This document shows, piece after piece, positions 29,541 through 40,500 of a stretch of DNA of 64,000 nucleotides (positions within the stretch are counted from its first letter, which is position 1; every line of letters begins with the position of its first letter). The notes under the pieces were generated by a model. That model was given only the letters and a program-made list of their open reading frames with translations. It was not told the origin of the DNA and did not search any database. The position numbers and the translations under genes were made by a program. Source of the stretch: Eledone cirrhosa (taxonomy: Eukaryota); contig OZ024742.1 in the NCBI GenBank assembly GCA_964016885.1, forward strand, positions 370,574,001 to 370,638,000. Reading direction: 5' to 3'.

Positions 29541-29592
29541 GGTTGGCATTAGAAAGGGCATCCAGCTGTAGAGACCAGGCTAGAATCAGTTC
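29521..29592 (+). mobile_element. RTE LINE 3'-UTR segment contiguous with the last satellite monomer
   Basis: cacactgtaaatgtggttggcattagaaagggcatccagctgtagagaccaggctagaatcagttc aligns with RTE 3' UTRs at ~35683-35748 and ~36111-36175. Confidence 0.9.
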
Positions 29593-29722
29593 ATAATCAC
29601 CATCAGTATCATCATCACTGTTTAACGTCCATTTTCCCATTTCCCATTCTAGCATGAGTTAGGCGAGTTCTGTTGTGGGACAAACCAGCTTAGAAGACTG
29701 TGTCTTGTTCATACAGAACTGT
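29593..29722 (-). mobile_element. RTE terminal 3' fragment in inverted orientation, with degenerate (GAT)n tail
   Basis: Reverse complement reads acagttctgtatgaacaagaca...catgctagaatgg...ggacgttaaacagtgatgatgat, matching the RTE ends at ~33190-33300 and ~36170-36280. Confidence 0.85.
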
Positions 29723-29727
29723 TTATA

Positions 29728-29769
<42 letters not shown>

Positions 29770-29771
<2 letters not shown>

Positions 29772-32700
29772 CACTCCTCCTCCTTGTTTCGGCCGCGGAT
29801 GGCTAACATAACCCCATCTCCCCCATCCCCCACCCCTGCGCCCCACCGCTCCAACCCTCCAAACGCAATCCAAAACTTCAGATTTGGTACCATGAATGTA
29901 GGCACCTTAAAGGGTCGCTCTAACGAGGTTGTAGAAATGCTTGAACGTAAGGAGGTCGATGTTTGTTGTATTCAAGAGACCAGGTGGAGGGGAGGGTCTG
30001 CTAGATTCATCGTGGGTAAAGAACGATGCTATAAGCTTTTCTGTGTGAGAAATGACAATGGGCTGGGTGGAGTAGGAATCATGGTAGCAGAAAAGTGGGC
30101 AGATAAGATAATAGACGTAAATAGAGTGAACGACAGAATAATTAAAATAAGACTTGTCCTCAATAGAACTACGGTGACAGTAATATCTGCGTACGCACCC
30201 CAATCCAGACTGCCCAGCACTATAAAAGACAGATTCTATGAGACACTGATGCTCGCTACCTCCCAAATAACCGACAGTGACTATATAATTATTGCAAGCG
30301 ACCTAAATGGTCACGTTGGACAACATTGTGACGGCTATGACCGAATCAATGGAGTCTATGGGTTCGGTACTAGAAATGAGGAAGGCTCCAGAATCCTGGA
30401 ATTCTGTGACGCAAATAACCTAACTATCTGTAACACTAACTTCAAAAAACGAGACAATCACTTGATCACCTATAGATCGGGAATCATACAAGCCAGGTAG
30501 ATTATATCCTTACCAGAAGACGTGACAGAGTGTCTGTTGTAAACACTAAATCCCTCCCCCATGAAGAATGCACCTTCCAACATAGACTGATAATTAGCGA
30601 CCTCATAGTCAGGACGAGACGTACTAGACAGCAGAAGAGGACTATCCTCAGGTGAAAAATATGGAAGCTAAAGGACCCCACAGCCAGAAATAAATTTAAA
30701 AGCATATTACTTGATGCTTTCGACAGTAAGGAAGAGCAATTAGAGTCGTATAATATAGAGGAGCAGTGGGAATTCCTGAAAGCAAACCTGCTGACGGTGG
30801 CAGACGAAGTCTGTGGCTGGAGCAGGCCTGTAGGTAGGAGGAGAGTAACATGGTGGTGGAACAGTAAGGTGGAGGAGTCAATTAAGGCCAAAAAGCAGGC
30901 TTGGAAAGTATGTCGTGATGGGGGAAGTAGAGAAGACTATCAAGTGGCCAGGAGGGAAGTTAGGAGACAAGTGTACTTCGCAAGAAGGGAAGCAGAGGAA
31001 AGAAAGTTCAAGCATGTTCTACAACGTGAGGACCAAAAACGTGAGGTGTTCAGGATTGCTAGGCAATGTGTCAAGGAAAACCGTGATATTGTCGGGGAGA
31101 AGTGTGTACTTAATGATGATGGCGTACTTGCCATCACTGACGCTGATAAGAAGGTAGCTTGGAAGTGTCACTACGAAAGGCTTCTAAATGAGGAGAATAA
31201 ATGGGAGAAAGACAGTCTCCCCCACATCGACCCAATAGAGAGACCAGCAGTGTTAGTCGAAGGTAGTATAATAAGTAAGGCAATCAAAGATATGAAGACG
31301 GGTAAGGCGGCTGGGCCTTCGGAAATAGTTGCTGAGATGCTGAAAGCCTCTGGAACGGTGGGACACACCATGGTCACCCGGATAGTAAACCAAGTCATAC
31401 AGAATGGGGTTGTTCCGAAGGACTGGCGTAGCAGCAGCTTCATTAACTGTTACAATGATAAAGGAGATGCCCTAGATAGGAGTAACTATAGAGGCATTAA
31501 ATTAATCGACCAGGTCATGAAGGTCACGGAAAAAGTAATAGCGCAACTAATCAGAGAGCGAATTGATCTAGATGAAATGCAGTTCGGGTTTGTGTCAGGA
31601 AAAAGTACCACAGACGCTCTTTTCATTGTACGACAACTACAGGAGAAATACCTAGCTAAAAGTAAACCCCTATACTTAGATTTTGTTGACTTGGAGAAAG
31701 CCTTTGACAGAGTCCCCCGTTCCATTATCTGGTGGGCTCTTAGAAAACTAGGTGTTGACGAATGGCTTGTGAGAGCTATACAAGCCATGTATAAAGAAAC
31801 AGTCAGCAAGGTTAGAATTAACAACGAATATAGTGAAGAGTTTAGTGTAAAAGTTGGTGTTCATCAGGGCTCTGTTCTTAGCCCCCTACTATTTATTATT
31901 GCCCTTCAGGCTATAACAGTGGAGTTCAAGACCGGCTGCCCATGGGAACTCCTATACGCAGATGATCTAACGCTCATAGCTGAATCAATGGCCGAGCTAG
32001 AGAAGAAATTCCAAACATGGAAGCACGGCCTAGAATCAAAAGGCCTTAAAATTAATCTGGCTAAGACTAAAGTTCTAGTTTGTAGGAAAGAAAATAAGGC
32101 GCCGGTCCCTTCCGGGAAATGGCCATGCTCAGTGTGTAGGAAAGGCGTAGGTAGAAACTCCATTTTATGTCCCAAATGCAAAGTATGGGTGCATAAAAGA
32201 TGTAGTGGGATCACAGGTAAGCTAACTAAGAACATAGATTTTACATGTGGCCGGTGCTCTGGTGCAATAAGTAGCAGCAAGTGCCCACAAAATACTAGGT
32301 CTTTCAATTGCGCAGAGGGTTCTATAGAAATAGTGGACAGCTTCCGTTACCTGGGTGACAAAATCAGCAGTGGGGAAGGGTGCTCTGAAAGTACAGTAGC
32401 TAGAGTCAGAACTGGATGGAAAAAGTTCAGAGAGCTTATACCACTATTAGCTGCTAAAGAGTTCTCCCTAAAAATGAAAGGCAGATTGTATGATGCCTGC
32501 ATACGAACAGCAATGTTGCATGGCAGTGAGACCTGGGCATTGTGTGCAGAGGATATACGCAGACTAGAGAGAAACGAAGCTTGCATGCTCCGCTGGATGT
32601 GTAATAATAATATACGTGAACGGCAAAGCATAAACGAACTAAGGGAAAAATTAAAAATAAGAGGGATCAGATGTTGTTTACTCGAGAGAAGGCTACGTTG

Positions 32701-33302
32701 GTATGGTCACGTGATGCGCATGAAAGACGACAGCTGTATAAAAACAGTGGAAGGCAATAAAGATAAACGGTAGCCACGGAGTAGGCAGACCCAGAAAAAC
32801 CTGGGACTACCTGATAAATTCCGACCTCACACACTTACACCTCTCCAAGACAATGTCACTGGACCGAGATCTTTGGCGGTACTCAGTAATAGAGAAGACC
32901 CGCCTTTCCTAAATACAAAGTAAACCTACTACAGTCAGTAGGCATCTCTAACAAAATACGCCCCCGTCACACCACCACCACCCCATCCACACCGCCCTTT
33001 CAATGTAAAGTTACGTTGGTGCCACAACATCCAGGCCGAAATAAATGAGATCGTGTAGGTGTCACGACAAAAAAACATACAGTCCACGCTGTAATGTGGC
33101 CGTGTAGGCAACACGCTAAAAACCTCCCAGACCCACACTGTAAATGTGGTTGGTGTTAGGAAGGGCATCCAGCTGTAGAAAACCCGCCAGACAGTCCTAT
33201 GCGAGCAAGACAACCACTCTTGCCTCAAGTGGGAAAACTCCCGTCCAAACCCATGCAAGCGTGGAACATGGACGTTAAACGATGATGATGATGATGATGA
33301 TA
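29770..33302 (+). mobile_element. RTE-clade non-LTR retrotransposon copy 1 (starts just upstream of the ORF; decayed)
   Basis: APE endonuclease (GTMNVGTL, CCIQETRW, SAYAPQ, DLNGHVG), RT (FVDLEKAFD, GVHQGSVLSP, YADD, FRYLG), C-terminal RRLRWYGHVMR, 3' UTR and (GAT)n tail; left flank is (TA)n. Confidence 0.95.
29799..32912 (+). pseudogene. Disrupted RTE APE-RT polyprotein, copy 1
   Basis: ATG at 29799 (MANITP...). Relative to copy 2: frameshift near 30481, nonsense change near 30653, frameshift near 32740. ORF pieces 29700-30500 and 30797-32773; end coordinate approximate. Confidence 0.9.
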
Positions 33303-34181
33303 TACAATATATTAACAAATGGAAACTATATTTATAAAACCATATTTATTTCATTTTACATATTTCAAGGACACCAAAGCAAATTATGGTGCGCTTTCAT
33401 TAGATAAAATATAATATAGATCAGTTTTATAAACAAATATTGACATACACTTAAAGAATGCGACCATTTTACGATCGTTTCTAGGATATATATGTTTGTG
33501 TTGGTATGTATATCATATAGATCTATGTAAAAATGTTTACAAACTATCAGAGGGAATATACATACCTACACATATATATGCTGTCTTCAGAAATAATGAT
33601 ATTTGTTTATTGAACAAAACCAACAAAAATTTAATATAATAGGTCTGTTTGGGAACAGGTTTTGAATTGACCAATAGAAAGGTAGTAAGTGGTCAAGATG
33701 GTAGAATAGTAGTAATAGAACTTTAATTTAGGGGTAGAGGAAAGCAGATTTCAGTTTTGAATGGAAAGAGTATGATGAATGAAAAGATTATTTTAGGGAT
33801 GAAAATAGGTCAAGTCGGTAAAAAGTACACGAAAAATTGATGTTATAAAAGAATAATGCTAATGTAAAAATCTAAGGAGAATAAAATTTTACGATAAATG
33901 TGTTAGTGAAAAATATCAATCTTATTTAAAATATAGGGAATTTACATCTATAAAAAGAAAATAAATTAATTAAATTGATAGGTATATTTATATTGATAAA
34001 TTTATATTAATTCATATAGATATGATAAATAAGAGTTAGATGTTATACTTATTGGTATAAATTTTAGGAAAAGATAGCTGTAAAAGGGAAATAAAATTAT
34101 GCAGTTCATTAGTAGTAGAATATTAATTATAGGTTAACTAATTTAAAAAAAGTGTTATTATAATAATTTCTAAAGTGTATA

Positions 34182-34449
34182 TTAATTAGATTTATAATAT
34201 TTAAAAGTTCTTCTCAGTTTATGATTACATGATATAATTAATTCCTGTCGTTTATTTAATAGGATATCCTTAGATTTCATTATTTCAAAAAGTTCCTGGG
34301 AACATAATCTACATTCATATCTATTATTTTGATAAGAGGTGGCCCTTTTGAGCACACTCCAGGCCAGGTTATAATCTATATTCCTTTTTCTATAATTATT
34401 AATTATTTCAGCTAAAGATGTTGTATTAGCTAATGCGGCATTATGTGTG
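34182..34449 (-). mobile_element. Penelope-like element remnant: C-terminus of GIY-YIG endonuclease (Naiad/Chlamys-like)
   Basis: Manual minus-strand translation, open with no ATG: ...ALANTTSLAEIINNYRKRNIDYNLAWSVLKRATSYQNNRYECRLCSQELFEIMKSKDILLNKRQELIISCNHKLRRTFKYYKSN*. The W-S-V-L, CxLCxxE and LLNKRxE...CxH pattern is recognised from memory of PLE endonuclease C-termini. AT-rich putative 3' region continues toward ~33600. Confidence 0.75.
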
Positions 34450-34639
34450 TATATATATATATATATATATGCACATAAAAACTACACCCTTGATAAGACT
34501 AACTTAACATACAAGCGGAAACCACTTGGCGCTGCAGTCGACATTTTACACATCTCTATAAAAACTAGTATATATACATTTTGTCTGAGGAGAACATGTT
34601 TTGCTCTATGTTGTACATAAAACTTTACATCTTTGAAAT

Positions 34640-34823
34640 ATCATCATCATCATCATCATCATCATCGTTTAACGTCTATCTTCCACGCTAGCATGGGTTT
34701 AGACGGGAATTTGTCCCACTTGAGGCAAGATTGGTTGTCCCACTCGTATGGGACTGTCTGGCAGGTTTTTTATGGTTGGATGCCCTTCCTAACACCAACC
34801 ACGTTTACAGTGTGGACTGGGAG
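34640..34823 (-). mobile_element. 5'-truncated RTE 3'-end fragment
   Basis: (CAT)n tail followed by gtttaacgtc...tgcccttcctaacaccaaccacgtttacagtgtggactggg, the reverse complement of the RTE 3' UTR. Confidence 0.9.
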
Positions 34824-35063
34824 ATATCATGTACTTGTCTCTTCCTATCTTTCCGTTGCAATACCATCTTTGTTTGTTTACATGTCTCGCTCGCTTAACG
34901 CTATTTTACTTGTCCCAATAACTTTATTTAGTTATTGCTCGCACCAACCAGAGGTATATCATTTTTAAAGCGATGAAATACCAATGAAAGTTGGAAGATC
35001 ACTGATGAAGGACTAATTTTATTCATATGTAACCCATGTGCAACCACGCAGCACTCCATTTTT

Positions 35064-35112
<49 letters not shown>

Positions 35113-35463
35113 CGTTTCTGAATTTGTTTAGCAAGATTCTTTATCTGAAAACGTGTGTTAAAACCGATATTGTTATGCTTTGGGAGGGTCATGTTGCCAA
35201 TAAGAAACACACGCACCAGTTGCTTTCACTTCAATTTATTATAAATTAAATTTATAAATTTAAGAATTTATAAATTTCCGGTTGGTTGGTTGTTTCCACA
35301 ACCAGACGATTGTTCATATATTGTCAAAGTTCTTTCGTCACACATTCTGTGACCTCTTCAGTGACTGGGGATTCTTTTCTTTGTTTTTGTGCCTCTCCTT
35401 TGTTCTGTCCTACGCCATCTTGAAAACAAGATGGTGTAGGACAGAACAAATATATATATATAA

Positions 35464-35607
35464 TGGAGGCACATGGCTTAGTGGTTAGAGCATTGGCCTT
35501 GCAATCGAAAGGTTTTGAGTTCAATTCTCAGACCGGGTGATGTGTTGTTTCCTTGAGCAAGACACTTTATTTCACATTTCTCCAGTTTACTCAGCTGTAG
35601 AAATGAG
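35464..35607 (+). mobile_element. tRNA-derived SINE head with CORE-like domain (partial)
   Basis: A-box TGGCTTAGTGG, B-box-like GAGTTCAATTC, then ccttgagcaagacacttt (CORE-like); homologous to the minus-strand copy at ~42545-42645. Confidence 0.75.
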
Positions 35608-35632
35608 ATGATAGGGACTGGGGTCCATATCA

Positions 35633-35811
35633 TTCCACTGCAAAGTGGTCGTGGAGGTGCCACGGCAAAAAAGCACCCAGCCCACACTGTAAATGTGGTT
35701 GGTGTTAGGAAGGGCATCCAGCTTTAGAAATCAAGCCAGAATCAGTTCCCGTCCCACCCTTTTAAGCAAGGAAAAGCAGACGTAAAATGATGATGATGAT
35801 GATGATGATGA
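35633..35811 (+). mobile_element. RTE subfamily-2 short 3' fragment (one 48-mer unit, internal deletion, (GAT)n tail)
   Basis: ccactgcaaagtggtcgtggaggtgccacggcaaaaaagcacccagcccacactgtaaatgtggttggtgttaggaagggcatcc, ending in a GAT tail followed by (AT)n. Confidence 0.9.
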
Positions 35812-35824
35812 TATATATATATAT

Positions 35825-36280
35825 GGTGTGGAGAGACCTAAGAAGACCTGGGTTGAGGTGATAAACGCCAACCTTACCCAATTACACCTCTCAAAGGTGA
35901 TGACATAGCACCGTGACCTCTGGCGTCATGCAATAATACAAATACAGAAAACCCGACCCCCCACGGATACAAGCCGAAGCTGAAGCATATAGACAATATG
36001 CCCCCACCCCCTCCCACTGCAAAGTGGTCGTGGAGGTGCCACGGCAAAAAAGCACCCAGCCCACACTGTAAAGTGGACGTGCAGGCGCCACTGAAAAAAG
36101 CACCCAGGACTCACTGTAAATGAGGTTGGTGTTAGGAAGGGCATCCAGCTGTAGAAATCAAGCCAGAATCAGTTCCCGTATGAGCAAGACAAGGTCAGCC
36201 GACCGGACACTGCCTGCAACAAGACATCCCATCTAACCCATGCTAGCGTGGAAGAACGGACGTAAAATGGTGATGATGAT
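35825..36280 (+). mobile_element. RTE subfamily-2 3' fragment (ORF C-terminus plus 3' UTR with two 48-mer units)
   Basis: Encodes RPKKTWVEVI...; near-identical to the reverse complement of ~43170-43620; flanked by (TA)n on both sides. Confidence 0.9.
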
Positions 36281-36289
36281 ATATATAAT

Positions 36290-36472
36290 AGTTGTTTCTA
36301 CTTTTGGCACAAGGCCAGCAAAATACCCAGTGCATTATTGGTACTTTATTTTATCGACCCTGTAAGGATGAAAGGCAAAGTTAACCTCGGCGGGATTTGA
36401 ACTCAGACCGTAGAGGGACGTAACTATGCTGGAAAGCATGGCGTCCGACTCTCTACCGATACTGCCAATCCA
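36290..36472 (-). mobile_element. tRNA-derived SINE resembling octopus OK/OR-type SINEs
   Basis: Minus strand: tggcagtatcggtag (A-box-like)...gagttcaaatcccgccgagg (B-box)...ttgcctttcatcc...gggtcgataaaataaagtacc...ccttgtgccaaaa. Family name is from recall. Confidence 0.75.
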
Positions 36473-36845
36473 CAGTAGAAAATGCTAATGGGATTTTCTC
36501 ATTGAATAACAGCAAAACATTTATTTACAAAAAAGGAATTTATTGTACCGGTTTCAGCCACGTGGGCTTCTTCATGCTACGGAAGTGAATAATAACATTT
36601 ATAATGGAGTTAAGTTGTATATTAATAAGAATGTGGTATAAAATAACATGGTTTACATATATATATATAGAAGAGTTCATATTTTTGTTTATCGCTTTCT
36701 TTCTTTCTCTCCCATGGACAGCTCCCCTTACAGTAAAGTGATAAACAAAAATGTGAACTCTGAAACTGGTACAATAAATTCCTTTTTCTGTAAATAAATG
36801 CTTTGCTGTTATTCCATGAGAAAATTCCATTAGCATTTTCTACTG
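36473..36845. mobile_element. MITE-like element with ~85-bp terminal inverted repeats (CAGT...ACTG ends)
   Basis: 36473-36557 (cagtagaaaatgctaatggg...ccggtttcag) is the near-exact reverse complement of 36760-36845; flanks are CA and TT, compatible with a decayed TA target duplication. Confidence 0.75.
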
Positions 36846-37599
36846 TTTTTTCTTCTGTACTATTATATATATCAACTCGTGTGTCACTTCCCAACATTCT
36901 AAATATATATATATATATAAACTAACAGGGTATTCTTAGAAATCGTAGAAAGCTCAAATGTAGAAAATACCTGTAACTACAGTTGATTGCTATAAATAAT
37001 AGCTTCATATATATATATAATAACTATTATGCAACATACACCAGATAATATCGCCCGGATCCTACGTAACCTGGCCACTGAAATGTACATAGTGTTTGCA
37101 GAAATAAAACTTTGAAGGAATTTCACCAGTTTGGCCTCCTGTCATTTTACTCAATAAAATATATATATATATATATATATATATACAAATATTTTAAATA
37201 TATTTGTTATTTCAAACTCTTAACAATATTTTAAATATATTTGTCATTATTTCAAACTCTTAATTCCCGTTCCTTAATATCTTCTCCCCCTCCACCACAC
37301 TCTACAACATGCGGTCAACCCCCCCCCCTCTCTCTCTATCCATATACATATATAAGACAAAGTAATTCACTTTCGCCAAATTTGTGGCTGATCTTCCTTC
37401 ATGGTATAATGTAATGTACTCATTTTTCTACCTTTTCTAACATCCGCTTAATTCCATAGTCTTTCCAAATCACAATCACATAGCATTTTTCTATCCTCTT
37501 TCCAATTCTTGTTTCACTAGCCATCCAATCCTATTTCCTCCTGTATTTTCCAAAACAAATCTCTTGTATTTTTGTCATGCTTGTAAAATACGGAAGTTT

Positions 37600-40500
37600 T
37601 TGGCTAACAACTCAACACCCCTCCCTGACGATCCCACGCACCACCATTATTATCACGTGGACCAATCATAAGCCAGAGGCCTATACTATCGCTTACCTGG
37701 TCGCCTTCGATTTGTAGGATGGAAGGACTACGGAGTTCCGGAGAGTTGATAGAGAGAAAAATCTGGACGCTCAGCGACAATGCCAAAGTTAAAGGCAAAC
37801 ACACCTCGTGGACGAAAATGCGAGCATGCCTCTTTGTTTCGGCCGCGGATGGCTAACATAACCCCATCTCCCCCCGCTCCCCCACCTTTCCCACCCCCCA
37901 AACGCAATCCAAAACTTCAGATTTGGTACCTTGAATGTAGGCACCTTAAAGGGTCGCTCTAACGAGGTTGTAGAAATGCTTGAACGTAAGGAGGTCGATG
38001 TTTGTTGTATTCAAGAGACCAGGTGGAGGGGTGGATCTGCTAGATTCATTGTGGGTAGAAAACGATGCTATAAGCTTTTCTGGGTGGGAAATGACAATGG
38101 GCTGGGTGGAGTAGGAATCATGGTAGCAGAAAAGTGGGCAGATAAGATAATAGACGTAAATAGAGTGAACGACAGAATAATCAAGATAAGACTTGTCCTC
38201 AATAGAACTACGGTGACAGTAATATCCGCGTACGCACCCCAATCCGGAATGCCCGGCACCATAAAAGACAGATTCTATGAGACACTGATGCTCACTACCT
38301 CCCAAATAACCGACAGTGACTATATAATTATTGCAGGCGACCTAAACGGTCACGTTGGACAACATTGTGACGGCTATGACGAAATCCATGGAGGCTATGG
38401 GTTTGGTACTAGAAATGAGGAAGGCTCCAGAATCCTGGAATTCTGCGACGCAAATAACCTAACTATCTGCAACACTAACTTCAAAAAACGAGACAACCAC
38501 TTGATCACCTACAGATCAGGGGAACATACCAGCCAGGTAGATTATATCCTTACCAGAAGACGTGACAGAGTGTCTGTTGTAAACACTAAATCCCTCCCCC
38601 ATGAAGAATGCACCTCCCAGCATAGACTGATAATTAGCGACCTAATAGTCAGGACGAGACGTACTAGACAACAGAAGAGGACTATCCTCAGGAGAAAAAT
38701 AAGGAAGCTAAAGGACCCCACAGCCAAAAATAAATTCCAAAGCATATTACTTGATGCTTTCGACAGTAAGGAAGAGCAATTAGAGTCGTATAATATAGAG
38801 GAGCAGTGGGAATTCCTGAAAGCAAACCTGCTGAAAGCGGCAAACGAAGTCTGTGGCTGGAGCAGGCCTGTAGGCAGGAGGAGAGTAACATGGTGGTGGA
38901 ACAGTAAGGTGGAGGGGTCAATTAAGGCCAAAAAGCAGGCTTGGAAAGTATGGCGGGATGGGGGAAGCAGAGAAGACTATCAAGTGGCCAGGAGGGAAGC
39001 TAGGAGACAAGTGTACTTCGCAAGAAGGGAAGCAAAGGAAAGAAAGTTCAAGCATGTTCTACAACGTGAGGACCAAAAACGTGAGGTGTTCAGGATTGCT
39101 AGGCAATGTGTCAAGGAAAACAGTGATATTGTCGGGGAGAAGTGTGTACTTAACGATGACGGCGTACTTGCCATCACCGACGCCGATAAGAAGGTAGCTT
39201 GGAAGTGTCACTATGAAAGGCTACTAAATGAGGAGAATAAATGGGAGAAAGACAGTCTCCCCCACATCGACCCAATAGAGGGACCAGCAGTGTTAGTCGA
39301 GGGTAGTATAATAAGTAAGGCAATCAAAGATATGAAGACGGGTAAGGCGGCTGGGCCTTCGGAAATAGTTGCCGAGATGCTGAAGGCATCTGGTACGGTG
39401 GGACACACCATGGTCACCCGGATAGTCAACCAAGTCATACAGCATGGGGTTGTTCCGAAGGACTGGCGTAGCAGCATCATCGTTAACTGTTATAAGGGTA
39501 AAGGAGATGCCCTAGATAGGAGTAACTATAGAGGCATTAAATTAATCGACCAGGTCATGAAGGTCACGGAAAAAGTAATAGCGCAACTAATCAGAGAGCG
39601 AATTGATCTAGATGAAATGCAGTTCGGGTTTGTGTCAGGAAAAAGTACCACAGACGCTCTTTTCATTGTACGACAACTACAGGAGAAGTACCTAGCTAAA
39701 AGTAAACCCCTATACTTAGCTTTCGTCGACTTGGAGAAGGCCTTCGACAGAGTCCCCCGCTCCATTATCTGGTGGGCTCTTAGAAAACTAGGTGTTGATG
39801 AATGGCTTGTGAGAACTATACAAGCCATGTATAAAGAAACAGTCAGCAAGGTTAGAATTAACAACGAATATAGTGAAGAGTTTAGTGTAAAAGTTGGTGT
39901 TCATCAGGGCTCTGTTCTTAGCCTCCTACTATTTATTATTGCCCTCCAGGCTATAACAGTGGAGTTCAAGACCGGCTGCCCATGGGAACTCCTATACGCA
40001 GATGATCTAACGCTCATAGCTGAATCAATGGCCGAGCTAGAGAAGAAATTCCAAATATGGAAGCAGGGCCTAGAATCAAAAGGCCTTAAAATTAACCTGG
40101 CTAAGACTAAAGTTCTAGTTTGTAAGAAAGAAAATAAGGCGGCGGTCCATTCCGGGAAGTGGCCGTGCGCAGAGTGTAGGAAAGGCGTAGGTAGAAATTC
40201 CATTTTGTGTCCCAAATGCAAAGTTTGGGTGCATAAAAGATGTAGTGGGATCACAGGTAAGCTAACTAAGAACATAGATTTTACATGTGGCCGGTGTTCT
40301 GGGGCAATAAGTAGCAGCAAGTGCCCACAAAATACTAGCTCTTTCAACTGCGCAGAGGGTTCTATAGAAATAGTGGACAGCTTCCGTTACCTGGGTGACA
40401 AAATCAGCAGTGGGGGAGGGTGCTCTGAAAGTACAGTAGCTAGAGTCAGAACTGGGTGAAAAAAGTTCAGAGAGCTTATACCACTATTAGCCGCTAAAGA

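Noticed and set aside
33600-34200. AT-rich tract resembling a mitochondrial insertion (NUMT)
   Set aside because: No recognisable rRNA, tRNA or mitochondrial protein motifs; it lies directly downstream of the PLE-like frame.
34995-35060. CTGATGAAGG as a possible Penelope hammerhead core
   Set aside because: No closing stem II or GAAA could be found nearby.
35464-35535. tRNA gene
   Set aside because: A/B boxes are present, but the sequence continues into a CORE-like SINE body and has no clean cloverleaf.
37780-37865. Possible HDV-like ribozyme in the RTE 5' region (GGCTAA motif)
   Set aside because: The P1/P2/P3 nested pseudoknot could not be built by eye; a covariance-model search would be needed.
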